From the NCBI RefSeq assembly GCF_000020385.1, contig NC_010814.1, positions 1,230,001 through 1,262,000 on the forward strand: a stretch of DNA of 32,000 nucleotides, in the 5' to 3' direction. Position numbers and translations under genes: made by a program. Below are positions 7,592 to 14,581 of the stretch, one piece after another. This DNA is from Trichlorobacter lovleyi SZ (GTDB lineage Bacteria > Desulfobacterota > Desulfuromonadia > Geobacterales > Pseudopelobacteraceae). Below the pieces are notes generated by a model. It was given only the letters and a program-made list of their open reading frames with translations. It searched no databases and was not told the origin of the DNA. Each line of letters starts with the position of its first letter. The stretch's first letter is position 1.

Positions 7592-8248
7592 ATGACCAGA
7601 GAACAGTGGTTGCAACGGGCAAACTGGCTGGCGTTGTTTACCATCTTCTACAATATTGCAGAGGGCGTCGGATCGGTCTGGTTCGGGGCGGCTGACGAGA
7701 CCCTGTCGCTGTTCGGTTTCGGCGTGGATTCCTTTATCGAAGTAATCTCGGCAATCGGTATCTGGCACATGCTGCGCCGGATCAAGGCCAACGGAGGAGA
7801 GTCGCGGGACGAATTTGAGCAGCGTGCCTTGCGGATTACCGGCGCTGCCTTCTACCTGCTGACCATTGGTCTGGTGCTGACTGCCGGCATCAACCTCTAC
7901 CAGCAGCACAAGCCGGAGACCACCGTCTGGGGTATTGTGATCTCACTGTTCTCGATCTCGTTCATGTGGCTGTTGATTCACTACAAGACAAAGGCCGCTA
8001 CGGCCCTTGCCTCACCGGCAATCATGGCTGATGTGGCCTGTTCCAGGGCCTGCATGTATCTGTCGGTCGCCTTGCTGATCGCCAGCGTGGGGTATGAACT
8101 GACCGGGCTCGGTTATTTTGATGCCGTTGGTGCGCTGGTGATCTCCTGGCTGACCTATAAGGAGGGGCGGGAGTCCTTTGGCAAGGCCAGGGGGTTGGCA
8201 TGCTCCTGCAGCTGTTCTTGTGAATCAGCCAAGGAGAGTTCATTGTGA
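7592..8248 (+). CDS. Cation-efflux (CDF-like) membrane protein lacking the cytoplasmic C-terminal domain, with a Cys/Ser-repeat tail
   Basis: ORF trimmed to ATG 7592, which follows GGGAGGAG. TM profile with FGVDSFIEV motif. Tail ACSCSCSCESAKESSL. Confidence 0.7.
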   Translation: MTREQWLQRANWLALFTIFYNIAEGVGSVWFGAADETLSLFGFGVDSFIEVISAIGIWHMLRRIKANGGESRDEFEQRALRITGAAFYLLTIGLVLTAGINLYQQHKPETTVWGIVISLFSISFMWLLIHYKTKAATALASPAIMADVACSRACMYLSVALLIASVGYELTGLGYFDAVGALVISWLTYKEGRESFGKARGLACSCSCSCESAKESSL

Positions 8249-9174
8249 CCACGCTTGACAGCCATATCAGCGGCAAGTTCAAGATCGCCATTGCCCTGAC
8301 GGCGGTAACCCTGGTTGCGGAAGTGGCGGGTGGTCTCTGGACCAACTCATTGGCGCTGTTGTCCGATGCCGCCCATGTCTTTCTGGATCTGTTTGCGCTG
8401 ATATTGTCACTGGCTGCCGTGCAGCTGGCCGCTCTGCCTACCTCGGAACGGCATACCTACGGATTTCACCGTTCCGAGGTGTTCGCTTCCTTTATCAATG
8501 GCCTGACTGTCTTTCTGATGGGGATCGGAATTCTGTATGAGGCCTGGGGCCGCTTTGCCGCTCCGGAACCGGTCAAGAGCGGGCCGATGCTGCTGATTGC
8601 CGTGATCGGTCTGGTGATGAATCTGCTGGCCGCCAAGACCCTGCACAGCCACAGCCATGACGACCTGAACGTGAAGAGCGCCTTCCTGCATGTGGTGGGG
8701 GATGCTGCGGCATCGGTCGGTGTCATCATCGGCGGGATCGTGATGTACTATACCGGCTGGTACCTGCTGGATGCCCTGCTGTCGGCCGCCATCGGTCTGC
8801 TGATCCTTGCCGGGGCTGGGCGGGTGCTGCGGGATTCGGTACATATTTTGATGGAAGGGGCTCCCCGTGGGCTGGATCTGGCAGAGGTGGCAGCAGCCAT
8901 CCGTGCTGTAGAAGGGGTGCAGGACCTGCACCACCTGAACGTCTGGTCGGTCTGTTCGCACATCACCGCACTCTCCGTGCATGTTGAGATCGCAGCAGGC
9001 TATGATGATCGGCGCAGCGATCTGTTGCACCGGGTTGAACACGCCCTTGAACATCGCTTTCATATCACCCATACCACCATTCAGCTTGAGTGCAGTGACT
9101 GCAACGGCGGGCCGCTGATCAAACCGCTGCAGCACCGGCAGCGTCAGGAAGCGTGCTGCGGTCACGATCACTAG
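8245..9174 (+). CDS. Cation diffusion facilitator family divalent-metal efflux transporter (CzcD/ZitB-like)
   Basis: GTG start overlapping the upstream TGA, with AAGGAGA RBS. Motifs LLSDAAHVFLDL and HVVGDAAASVGV. C-terminal domain and CCGHDH tail. Confidence 0.85.
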   Translation: MTTLDSHISGKFKIAIALTAVTLVAEVAGGLWTNSLALLSDAAHVFLDLFALILSLAAVQLAALPTSERHTYGFHRSEVFASFINGLTVFLMGIGILYEAWGRFAAPEPVKSGPMLLIAVIGLVMNLLAAKTLHSHSHDDLNVKSAFLHVVGDAAASVGVIIGGIVMYYTGWYLLDALLSAAIGLLILAGAGRVLRDSVHILMEGAPRGLDLAEVAAAIRAVEGVQDLHHLNVWSVCSHITALSVHVEIAAGYDDRRSDLLHRVEHALEHRFHITHTTIQLECSDCNGGPLIKPLQHRQRQEACCGHDH

Positions 9175-9279
9175 CCATAATGGCTGCCAGTTGAAATAAG
9201 TAGACCTGCCCCTTGCACACGTGGGTTAAGCTGAGAATGTGAGATTCACAGCACAGAGCCACAACCAAGGAGGCAGGTC

Positions 9280-10389
9280 ATGGAAAAGTGTATCACGTAT
9301 GTCGGGCTTGATGTTCACAAAAACTCCATAGATGTCGCTTTGGCCGATGAAGGCCGTGACAAGGAAGTCCGTTACTACGGCACTATTGACGGCAGTCTTG
9401 ATGCATTGGACAAAGTTCTCAGAAAACTGGTTTCTCGTGGTACCGAACTTCGATTCGTCTATGAAGCTGGCCCGTGCGGTTATGACATCTATCGGCACCT
9501 AACCCGTAAGGGTTTTGATTGTATCGTGGTTGCCCCTTCTTTGATTCCCAAGAAGAGCGGCAGCCGAATAAAGAATGATCGGCGTGATGCCGAGATGCTG
9601 GCCCGTCTGCACCGAGCAGGCGAACTGACTCCGGTCTATGTTCCGCGCATCGAAGATGAGGCAATGCGCGACCTCTGCAGGGCCCGTATCGATGCAAAGA
9701 ATGCTGAGCGAAAGGCCCGTCAGCAATTGAATGCATTTCTGCTGCGCAGCGGCTTCCGCTATAGCGGCAAAACACTCTGGAGTCTTGCCCATTGGCGTTG
9801 GATCTCCGACATACACATGACGCATTCCGCACAGCAGATCACCCTGCAGGAGTATGTGGATGCAGTCAGATCGAACACAGAGCGCGTTGATAGGATCACG
9901 GAACAGATTTGCCTGCTTGCTGCAGAATGGCGACTTGGTCCGGTTGTCGAAGCGCTCCAAGCTCTGCGGGGAGTCTCTCTGGTAGTTGCCTCAACCACCG
10001 TTGCTGAGCTTGGTGACTTGAGTCGCTTTGACAATCCCCGACATCTGATGGCGTATCTGGGGCTTGTACCTTCAGAACACTCAAGTGGAGAGTCAACACA
10101 GCGAGGCGGTATAACCAAGACTGGCAATGGACATGCACGCCGAATGCTGGTCGAAGCTGCCTGGTCGTATCGGTTGCCGGCACGGGTTAGCAGGCGACTT
10201 CGAGACCGACAACAGAATCTGCCGCAAGCGGTATGGGAGATTGCCTGGAAGGCACAGCTCAGACTTTGCGCCCGCTACAAACGACTTGTTACCAAAGGCA
10301 AGCAGGCACAGGTAGTCATTACCGCCATTGCCAGAGAACTGTCCGCATTCATGTGGGCTATAGCCCAAGCAGTACCAGTCGCATCGTAA
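9280..10389 (+). CDS. IS110-family DEDD transposase/recombinase
   Basis: YVGLDVHK, VYEAGPCGY, KNDRRDA and C-terminal GLVPSEHSSGES..RGGITKTGNGHARRMLVEAAW motifs. AAGGAGG RBS. Confidence 0.9.
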   Translation: MEKCITYVGLDVHKNSIDVALADEGRDKEVRYYGTIDGSLDALDKVLRKLVSRGTELRFVYEAGPCGYDIYRHLTRKGFDCIVVAPSLIPKKSGSRIKNDRRDAEMLARLHRAGELTPVYVPRIEDEAMRDLCRARIDAKNAERKARQQLNAFLLRSGFRYSGKTLWSLAHWRWISDIHMTHSAQQITLQEYVDAVRSNTERVDRITEQICLLAAEWRLGPVVEALQALRGVSLVVASTTVAELGDLSRFDNPRHLMAYLGLVPSEHSSGESTQRGGITKTGNGHARRMLVEAAWSYRLPARVSRRLRDRQQNLPQAVWEIAWKAQLRLCARYKRLVTKGKQAQVVITAIARELSAFMWAIAQAVPVAS

Positions 10390-10657
10390 CCAGATTTCAA
10401 AGAACATGATTCAGTTTCTGTCCACAGAGGTTGCGGCCAAGGTACCGGAGAATCCTCGGGCCTGTTATGGGATAAGGCATCAAGCCGAACTCCCGGCTCT
10501 AGCGAGAGGCAGCTCCACGACGTAGGCAAGACATGCGGTAACCAACCCGCGAATATCAGCGTGATCTACCGTCGTTGAAAAAGGCCCCGTACCTCTGGGA
10601 CAGAAATTTAAAAGATCAAAAGGGGCAGAATATTTTAGGCTTGAAACTGTCAGCCAT
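10390..10657 (+). ncRNA. Putative element-encoded guide (bridge/seek) RNA region in the long 3' non-coding end of the IS
   Basis: 268-nt non-coding right end against a 100-nt left end. Long-range pairing of CTGTCCACAGAGGT (10418-10431) with ACCTCTGGGACAG (10591-10603). The RNA identity is inferred from family knowledge only. Confidence 0.3.
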
Positions 10658-10660
10658 ATC

Positions 10661-10804
10661 AACAGGTTGTTGAAAAACTACTACGGAGCCCGTCTACTTC
10701 GTTGCGCGGTGCTCGCTCCTTCTCCTAACTATACGTTATGTCTCAGTCGCTGTGCGCCGTGCGCCTTGTAGCCGTGCTTCCTCATAACGTTTTTCAACAG
10801 CCTG
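10661..10804. repeat. About 144-bp palindromic intergenic element (element A) with 16-bp terminal inverted repeats
   Basis: CAGGTTGTTGAAAAAC (10663-10678) against the reverse complement of GTTTTTCAACAGCCTG (10789-10804), 15/16 matching. The interior has two pyrimidine-rich direct half-units ending in CTCCTAAC and CTCATAAC. Confidence 0.6.
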
Positions 10805-10838
10805 CTAACCGCAGGAACTGCTTCAGGAGATGCTATAG

Positions 10839-11039
10839 ATGCAAGATAATGAGATGATCTGTTGGTGCAGCAAGGTGACGGCCGGAGCTATCCGGCAGGC
10901 GAAACAAGACGGTGCAATTACAATGGAAGATATTCGCCGCATGACCGGCGCCTGCACCCTGGGGCGCTGCAAGGAGCTGTCCCCACGGGGTAGATGATGC
11001 GCCCGCGAGGTCAAGCAGGTGCTTGACGAAACCACCTAG
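10839..11039 (+). CDS. Small BFD-like [2Fe-2S]-domain selenoprotein; TGA 10995-10997 read as Sec (66 aa)
   Basis: AGGAG RBS 9 nt upstream of the ATG. MQDNEMICWCSKVTAGAI...CKELSPRGR-U-CAREVKQVLDETT*. The TGA aligns with the first Cys of SPRGRCCCQEV in the in-window paralog (2742..3017). SECIS-like hairpin 12 nt downstream. Confidence 0.7.
11010..11027 (+). promoter_or_regulatory. Candidate SECIS hairpin for TGA 10995
   Basis: Perfect 7-bp stem GUCAAGC/GCUUGAC with AGGU loop. The loop starts 19 nt after the TGA. Confidence 0.55.
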
Positions 11040-11834
11040 TTAGTCAACAGCCAGGGATTGCAGGAGCTGCCGCCACTCCTCATCGTTGAGTGGTACCGGG
11101 CGCATCAGCGTCTGAGGCCTGATGGCCCGCGGGTTCTTCAGCCAGCGCTTCAGCCGTTCTTCACTCCAGCTGCTGCCGTTTTCGAAGGTGGGGGGATAAA
11201 ACCTGGTCAATAGGCCGGACAGGTTGGGGCCGGCAATGCCCCGTCCCAGTCCACCGTCCCGTTTTGAAAGCAGTTTGTGGCAACCGCCGCATTGTCTGGT
11301 AAAGAACGTTTGCTGGCCTGTCTGCAGGTTGCTGAAATGGACCAGCAGCGGAGGTTCCCGGGTGGCCTTGCCAGCTTGCAGCCCCCCCGCCAGGATGGCG
11401 GTGATCAAACGATCAAGATCCGGTGGTGAAAAATGAAAATCAGGCATCTGCTGGGCCGGTTCCACCAGGGCCTTACGGATCAGCTCCGGTTTGGTGGTCC
11501 AGAGCAGGCTGTCCAGGTTTGATGCCAAACGGTTGCCTGTGCCTGCCAGGGTATGGCAGCGACGGCAGGCGGTCTGATCAGCCAGTTTTTTCCCGGCCAC
11601 AAGGCTTGCTGATCGGGGATTGGTAAAGCTGGCCTGCTGACCTTTAATCAGGTTGCCATGGGCCAGTTCTTTCCGGCTGGTCTGCGGGTTGCCCCGATGA
11701 CAGTACCGGCAACTGCCCTGTTCCGTATAGTGTGCCGGGTGGCAGTCCAGGCAGAGGTCGCGGGGAGCCGCCTGAGCTGAACAGAGCCAGATCAGAAGCA
11801 GAACCGTTGTCAGAACGGAAGCACGAAGGCCCAA
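11040..11834 (-). CDS. Periplasmic tetraheme c-type cytochrome, last gene of the Rieske/cyt b operon
   Basis: TTG start. Signal peptide ...LLLIWLCSAQA. CLDCH, CRYCH, CRRCH and CGGCH motifs. 25-nt overlap with the upstream gene. Confidence 0.8.
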   Translation of the reverse strand: MGLRASVLTTVLLLIWLCSAQAAPRDLCLDCHPAHYTEQGSCRYCHRGNPQTSRKELAHGNLIKGQQASFTNPRSASLVAGKKLADQTACRRCHTLAGTGNRLASNLDSLLWTTKPELIRKALVEPAQQMPDFHFSPPDLDRLITAILAGGLQAGKATREPPLLVHFSNLQTGQQTFFTRQCGGCHKLLSKRDGGLGRGIAGPNLSGLLTRFYPPTFENGSSWSEERLKRWLKNPRAIRPQTLMRPVPLNDEEWRQLLQSLAVD

Positions 11835-12220
11835 TTTTCCCCCCTGAAAAACAGTCCGATCAGCGTCAGAACAAGTATTCCCAGAAACAGCAGCAGTGCG
11901 GTAACGGCAGCCAGGCGATGCCGGGGGCCGAACCAGGCCGCCTTGTCAGGCGTCCTGGTGATCAGCCAGGGCAGGGCGATCAGGAACAGGCCGGCCAGCA
12001 GCACCGGATAGATCAACCAGACCCGGTAGCTGACCAGCTCCTGAATCCAGAGCAGGAACCAGGCGGATTTGACCGGATTGGGCACAACCGCCAGTCTGGC
12101 CGGTTCCTGAAGCGGCGCAGGGATCAGGGCTGCCAGCAGCAGTAGCGCTGCTGTACAAAGCCAGAAAGCACGCAGTATCAGGCGGAAAAAGTGCGGTGAG
12201 CTCTTGATGTAGTTCTTCAT
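11810..12220 (-). CDS. Cytochrome b C-terminal-domain / b6f subunit IV-like membrane protein
   Basis: ATGA overlap with the cyt b gene. Three TM segments. NPVKSAWFLLWIQEL occupies the position of the PEWY-type motif. Confidence 0.7.
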   Translation of the reverse strand: MKNYIKSSPHFFRLILRAFWLCTAALLLLAALIPAPLQEPARLAVVPNPVKSAWFLLWIQELVSYRVWLIYPVLLAGLFLIALPWLITRTPDKAAWFGPRHRLAAVTALLLFLGILVLTLIGLFFRGENWAFVLPF

Positions 12221-12837
12221 AGGTAGGGGAGCAGCCCTTTCTGCTTGCGGACCAGGTAAAAATGCAACAGACAGAGCGTGATGGTGATCATCGGCAGCAC
12301 CACCACATGCAGCACATAGAAGCGGATCAGGGATAATGGTCCTCCCACTGTGTCAGGCACCAGAATGTCGCGCAGAAAACTGCCCAGCGGTATGGTTTCC
12401 AGCAGGGTCATGCCGGTCTGGGTGGCCCAGAGCGCCAGCTGATCCATCGGCAGCAGGTACCCGGTGTAGGCCTCAAAGACCGCCAGCCCCAGCAGGCAGA
12501 TGCCGATAATCCAGTTGCGCTGACGGGGCGGGGCAAAGGCGCCGGTCAGTACCACCCGCAGGGTGTGCAGCATGATCAGGACAAGAAAGAGGTGGGATGT
12601 CATCCGGTGCAGACTGCGCAGGTACCGGCCGCCATAGACCGCTGACTCCAGAAAGATGATCGAGTTGTAGGCCTCTGTAGCGCCGGGGCGATAGTAGAAC
12701 AGCAGCAGCAGGCCGGACAGTGCCAGCAGCAGCAGGCTGCTAAAGGCCAGGCCGCCCAGACAGAGGGTGTAGCTGATCCTGAGATTCTGCTCCAGTACCA
12801 CTCTGGGAAAGAGGTGTTTGAGAAACTCTTTGAACAA
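12217..12837 (-). CDS. Cytochrome b6-type (N-terminal four-helix) cytochrome b
   Basis: TTG start with GGAGG 8 nt upstream. Motifs LFYYRP, RSLHRMTSHLFLVLIMLHTLRV and RFYVLHVVVLP...LLHFYLVRKQ, carrying the conserved heme-ligand His pairs. Confidence 0.85.
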   Translation of the reverse strand: MFKEFLKHLFPRVVLEQNLRISYTLCLGGLAFSSLLLLALSGLLLLFYYRPGATEAYNSIIFLESAVYGGRYLRSLHRMTSHLFLVLIMLHTLRVVLTGAFAPPRQRNWIIGICLLGLAVFEAYTGYLLPMDQLALWATQTGMTLLETIPLGSFLRDILVPDTVGGPLSLIRFYVLHVVVLPMITITLCLLHFYLVRKQKGLLPYL

Positions 12838-12854
12838 GGTGCAATCCTCCCTTA

Positions 12855-12977
12855 TTCCGATTCCATTTCAAGGCGCTCTCTTCGTTGGTTCGTCACCGGC
12901 TCCTCAACGTACTGCGTGTACGCCTGCGTCGCCTATTTCCTCACCGCCTTGATATCATCCTTGAACTGGAATCGAAA
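12855..12977. repeat. About 123-bp palindromic element (element B) filling the Rieske to cyt b intergenic gap
   Basis: TTCCGATTCCATTTCAAGG (12855-12873) against the reverse complement of CCTTGAACTGGAATCGAAA (12959-12977), 17/19 matching. Inner CAAGGCG/CGCCTTG stem. The interior resembles element A (CTTCGTTG..., GCTCC..TC..AAC, ...GCCTTG). Confidence 0.6.
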
Positions 12978-13370
12978 TTACCCCCGCACCACCAGCGTGG
13001 CGTCATCCTGCTCAACGATCAGCCGCGGTAGCGGACGCTCTGCCGGTCCGGCCAGTACCGTGCCGCTCCGGTCAAAACGGCTGCCGTGGCAGGGGCAGAC
13101 CATCCCTTCCGGTGTGACCGAGACGGTGCAGCCCAGGTGGGTACAGACCAGGCTCAACGCAACGATATCGTTTCCTTCCCGCATGACCGCAATCCGTTCC
13201 TGGCGGAACACCAGTGCTCCTCCTGCCGGCAGGTCGGCAAGCGGCAGACGCAACAGCACCGGCTTCCTGATGCCCTTGGGGGTCAGGAAGCGCCACAGGC
13301 CTGCCGCTACCAGCGGCAGGGTGATCAGCGTGGTGATGAAGCTGCGACGGGTGTGACGAACTTTTTCCAT
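12978..13370 (-). CDS. Rieske [2Fe-2S] protein with Tat-type signal anchor
   Basis: RRSFITTL twin-arginine N-terminus. CTHLGC and CPCHGS cluster-binding boxes. Confidence 0.9.
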   Translation of the reverse strand: MEKVRHTRRSFITTLITLPLVAAGLWRFLTPKGIRKPVLLRLPLADLPAGGALVFRQERIAVMREGNDIVALSLVCTHLGCTVSVTPEGMVCPCHGSRFDRSGTVLAGPAERPLPRLIVEQDDATLVVRG

Positions 13371-14581
13371 TTTTCCACGTATGCCTTTTTGTAGGTATCA
13401 GATTTGGCGGCCAGCCGCCGGTACCGCGCTTCATTCAGAAAACTGCCGTTTACCATCCGTTGCCCACGTTGATCCCAGAAAGATGAAAGTCCCATACCGT
13501 CCTTCTGCAGATCATAAATCCGGTCCTGGGGACGCTCCAGCAGAAAACGGCGTGGATTGTCGTGGCAGCCGTCGCACATCACGGTGCCGCGCTGGATGGT
13601 ATGGGGGGCAAAGGCCCGCCATTCTGCAGCCAGGAGCAGGTTTTCCTGTCCTGCTGACCTGCCCTTTGCAAGCCGGCTGTAATAGGCGATGAACTGCGGC
13701 CGGATCGGTGCTACTTTTCCCTGACTGTTGATCCCCAGCGGCGGCAGGTCCTGCCGCCTCAGGTAGGCACTTTTTGCATAGCCGTTCTGGGTGTAGGTAA
13801 GCGCCTGATACGGATCTTCAACAGAACCGGAGGCAAATCTCAAATAGAAGGTGCCGTATTCCTGGGCGGCCCAGGCGGCGTGGCAGGCCGCACATTCCAG
13901 CTTTTCCAGGTGCGCTGCGATCCGGTGTTCAAGCACCGTGCTGCTGGGGTGGTGGCAGTCTCTGCAGGACCTGGCTGCGGTCCTGCCGGCAATCAGGCTC
14001 TGCATGGTGTGACAGGCAGAGCAGGTCATGCCCTTTTGCTGATGCACATCCGGCAGCATTTTCAGAAAGGTTTCCCCCTCCAACCGCCGGCCACGCTGGT
14101 AGCGTTCATGCTCTTCCCGCGGAGCCCGACCGAAGTAATCCCAGCCCACGTAGTAACCCTTGTGGCATTTTGAGCAGGTATCTGCCTTGGGACGGCTGAT
14201 GGCATGGCCGTTGCCGTGGCAGTCCCGGCAGCCCTGCAGATGGCAGCCGGCACAGTTCTTCTGCTCAAAGCTGCGGTCAACCCGGCTGTAGCTGCGGGCA
14301 ATGAAGCCCTGCTCCTTGGTGCGGGTTCCCATGGCATGCAGATACATCCGCTGGTAGCCCTGGTGACACCGTACGCACCCTGCCGAGCCGTTGTCCCGGC
14401 CAGCGGGGTCAGCCAGAAGCTGCCGGCCGTTCCGGTGGCAGTCTTGACAGGCCACCCTGCTGTGAATACCACTGATCTGTATGCCGGCAGCGTGGCAGAG
14501 CCGGCACTGATCGGCAGCCCCGGCAGTGAGGCAGCTAACGAGGAGCCAGCAGGCGGCGATGAACGGTATCGTCCAGGTCAC
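13325..14581 (-). CDS. Decaheme c-type cytochrome
   Basis: GTG start. Hydrophobic N-terminus. Ten CXXCH motifs (CRLCH, CQDCH, CVRCH, CAGCH, CRDCH, CSKCH, CSACH, CRDCH, CAACH, CDGCH). Its 3' end overlaps the Rieske start by 46 nt. Confidence 0.85.
   Translation of the reverse strand: MTWTIPFIAACWLLVSCLTAGAADQCRLCHAAGIQISGIHSRVACQDCHRNGRQLLADPAGRDNGSAGCVRCHQGYQRMYLHAMGTRTKEQGFIARSYSRVDRSFEQKNCAGCHLQGCRDCHGNGHAISRPKADTCSKCHKGYYVGWDYFGRAPREEHERYQRGRRLEGETFLKMLPDVHQQKGMTCSACHTMQSLIAGRTAARSCRDCHHPSSTVLEHRIAAHLEKLECAACHAAWAAQEYGTFYLRFASGSVEDPYQALTYTQNGYAKSAYLRRQDLPPLGINSQGKVAPIRPQFIAYYSRLAKGRSAGQENLLLAAEWRAFAPHTIQRGTVMCDGCHDNPRRFLLERPQDRIYDLQKDGMGLSSFWDQRGQRMVNGSFLNEARYRRLAAKSDTYKKAYVEKWKKFVTPVAASSPR

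Larger units (their letters stand above)
9180..10657 (+). mobile_element. IS110-family insertion sequence (IS1111-like layout) with imperfect terminal/subterminal inverted repeats
   Basis: Left end ATGGCTGCCAGTT...CTGCCCCTT (9180-9214). The reverse complement of the right end (10620-10657) reads ATGGCTGACAGTT...CTGCCCCTT. One DEDD transposase gene inside. Exact ends uncertain by a few nt. Confidence 0.75.

Noticed and set aside
10661-10804. Element A as a tRNA, an integron attC site or a riboswitch.
   Set aside because: I could not draw a cloverleaf or find anticodon-arm features. The ends do not fit the RYYYAAC/GTTRRRY attC cores, and I recognised no riboswitch core (for example GEMM-I). 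It is kept only as an unexplained palindromic repeat.
12814-13356. 180-aa + strand ORF spanning palindromic element B and the Rieske gene antisense.
   Set aside because: It is antisense to a Rieske gene that has both cluster-binding boxes. Its composition is Ser/Arg/Pro-rich and it runs through a non-coding palindrome.
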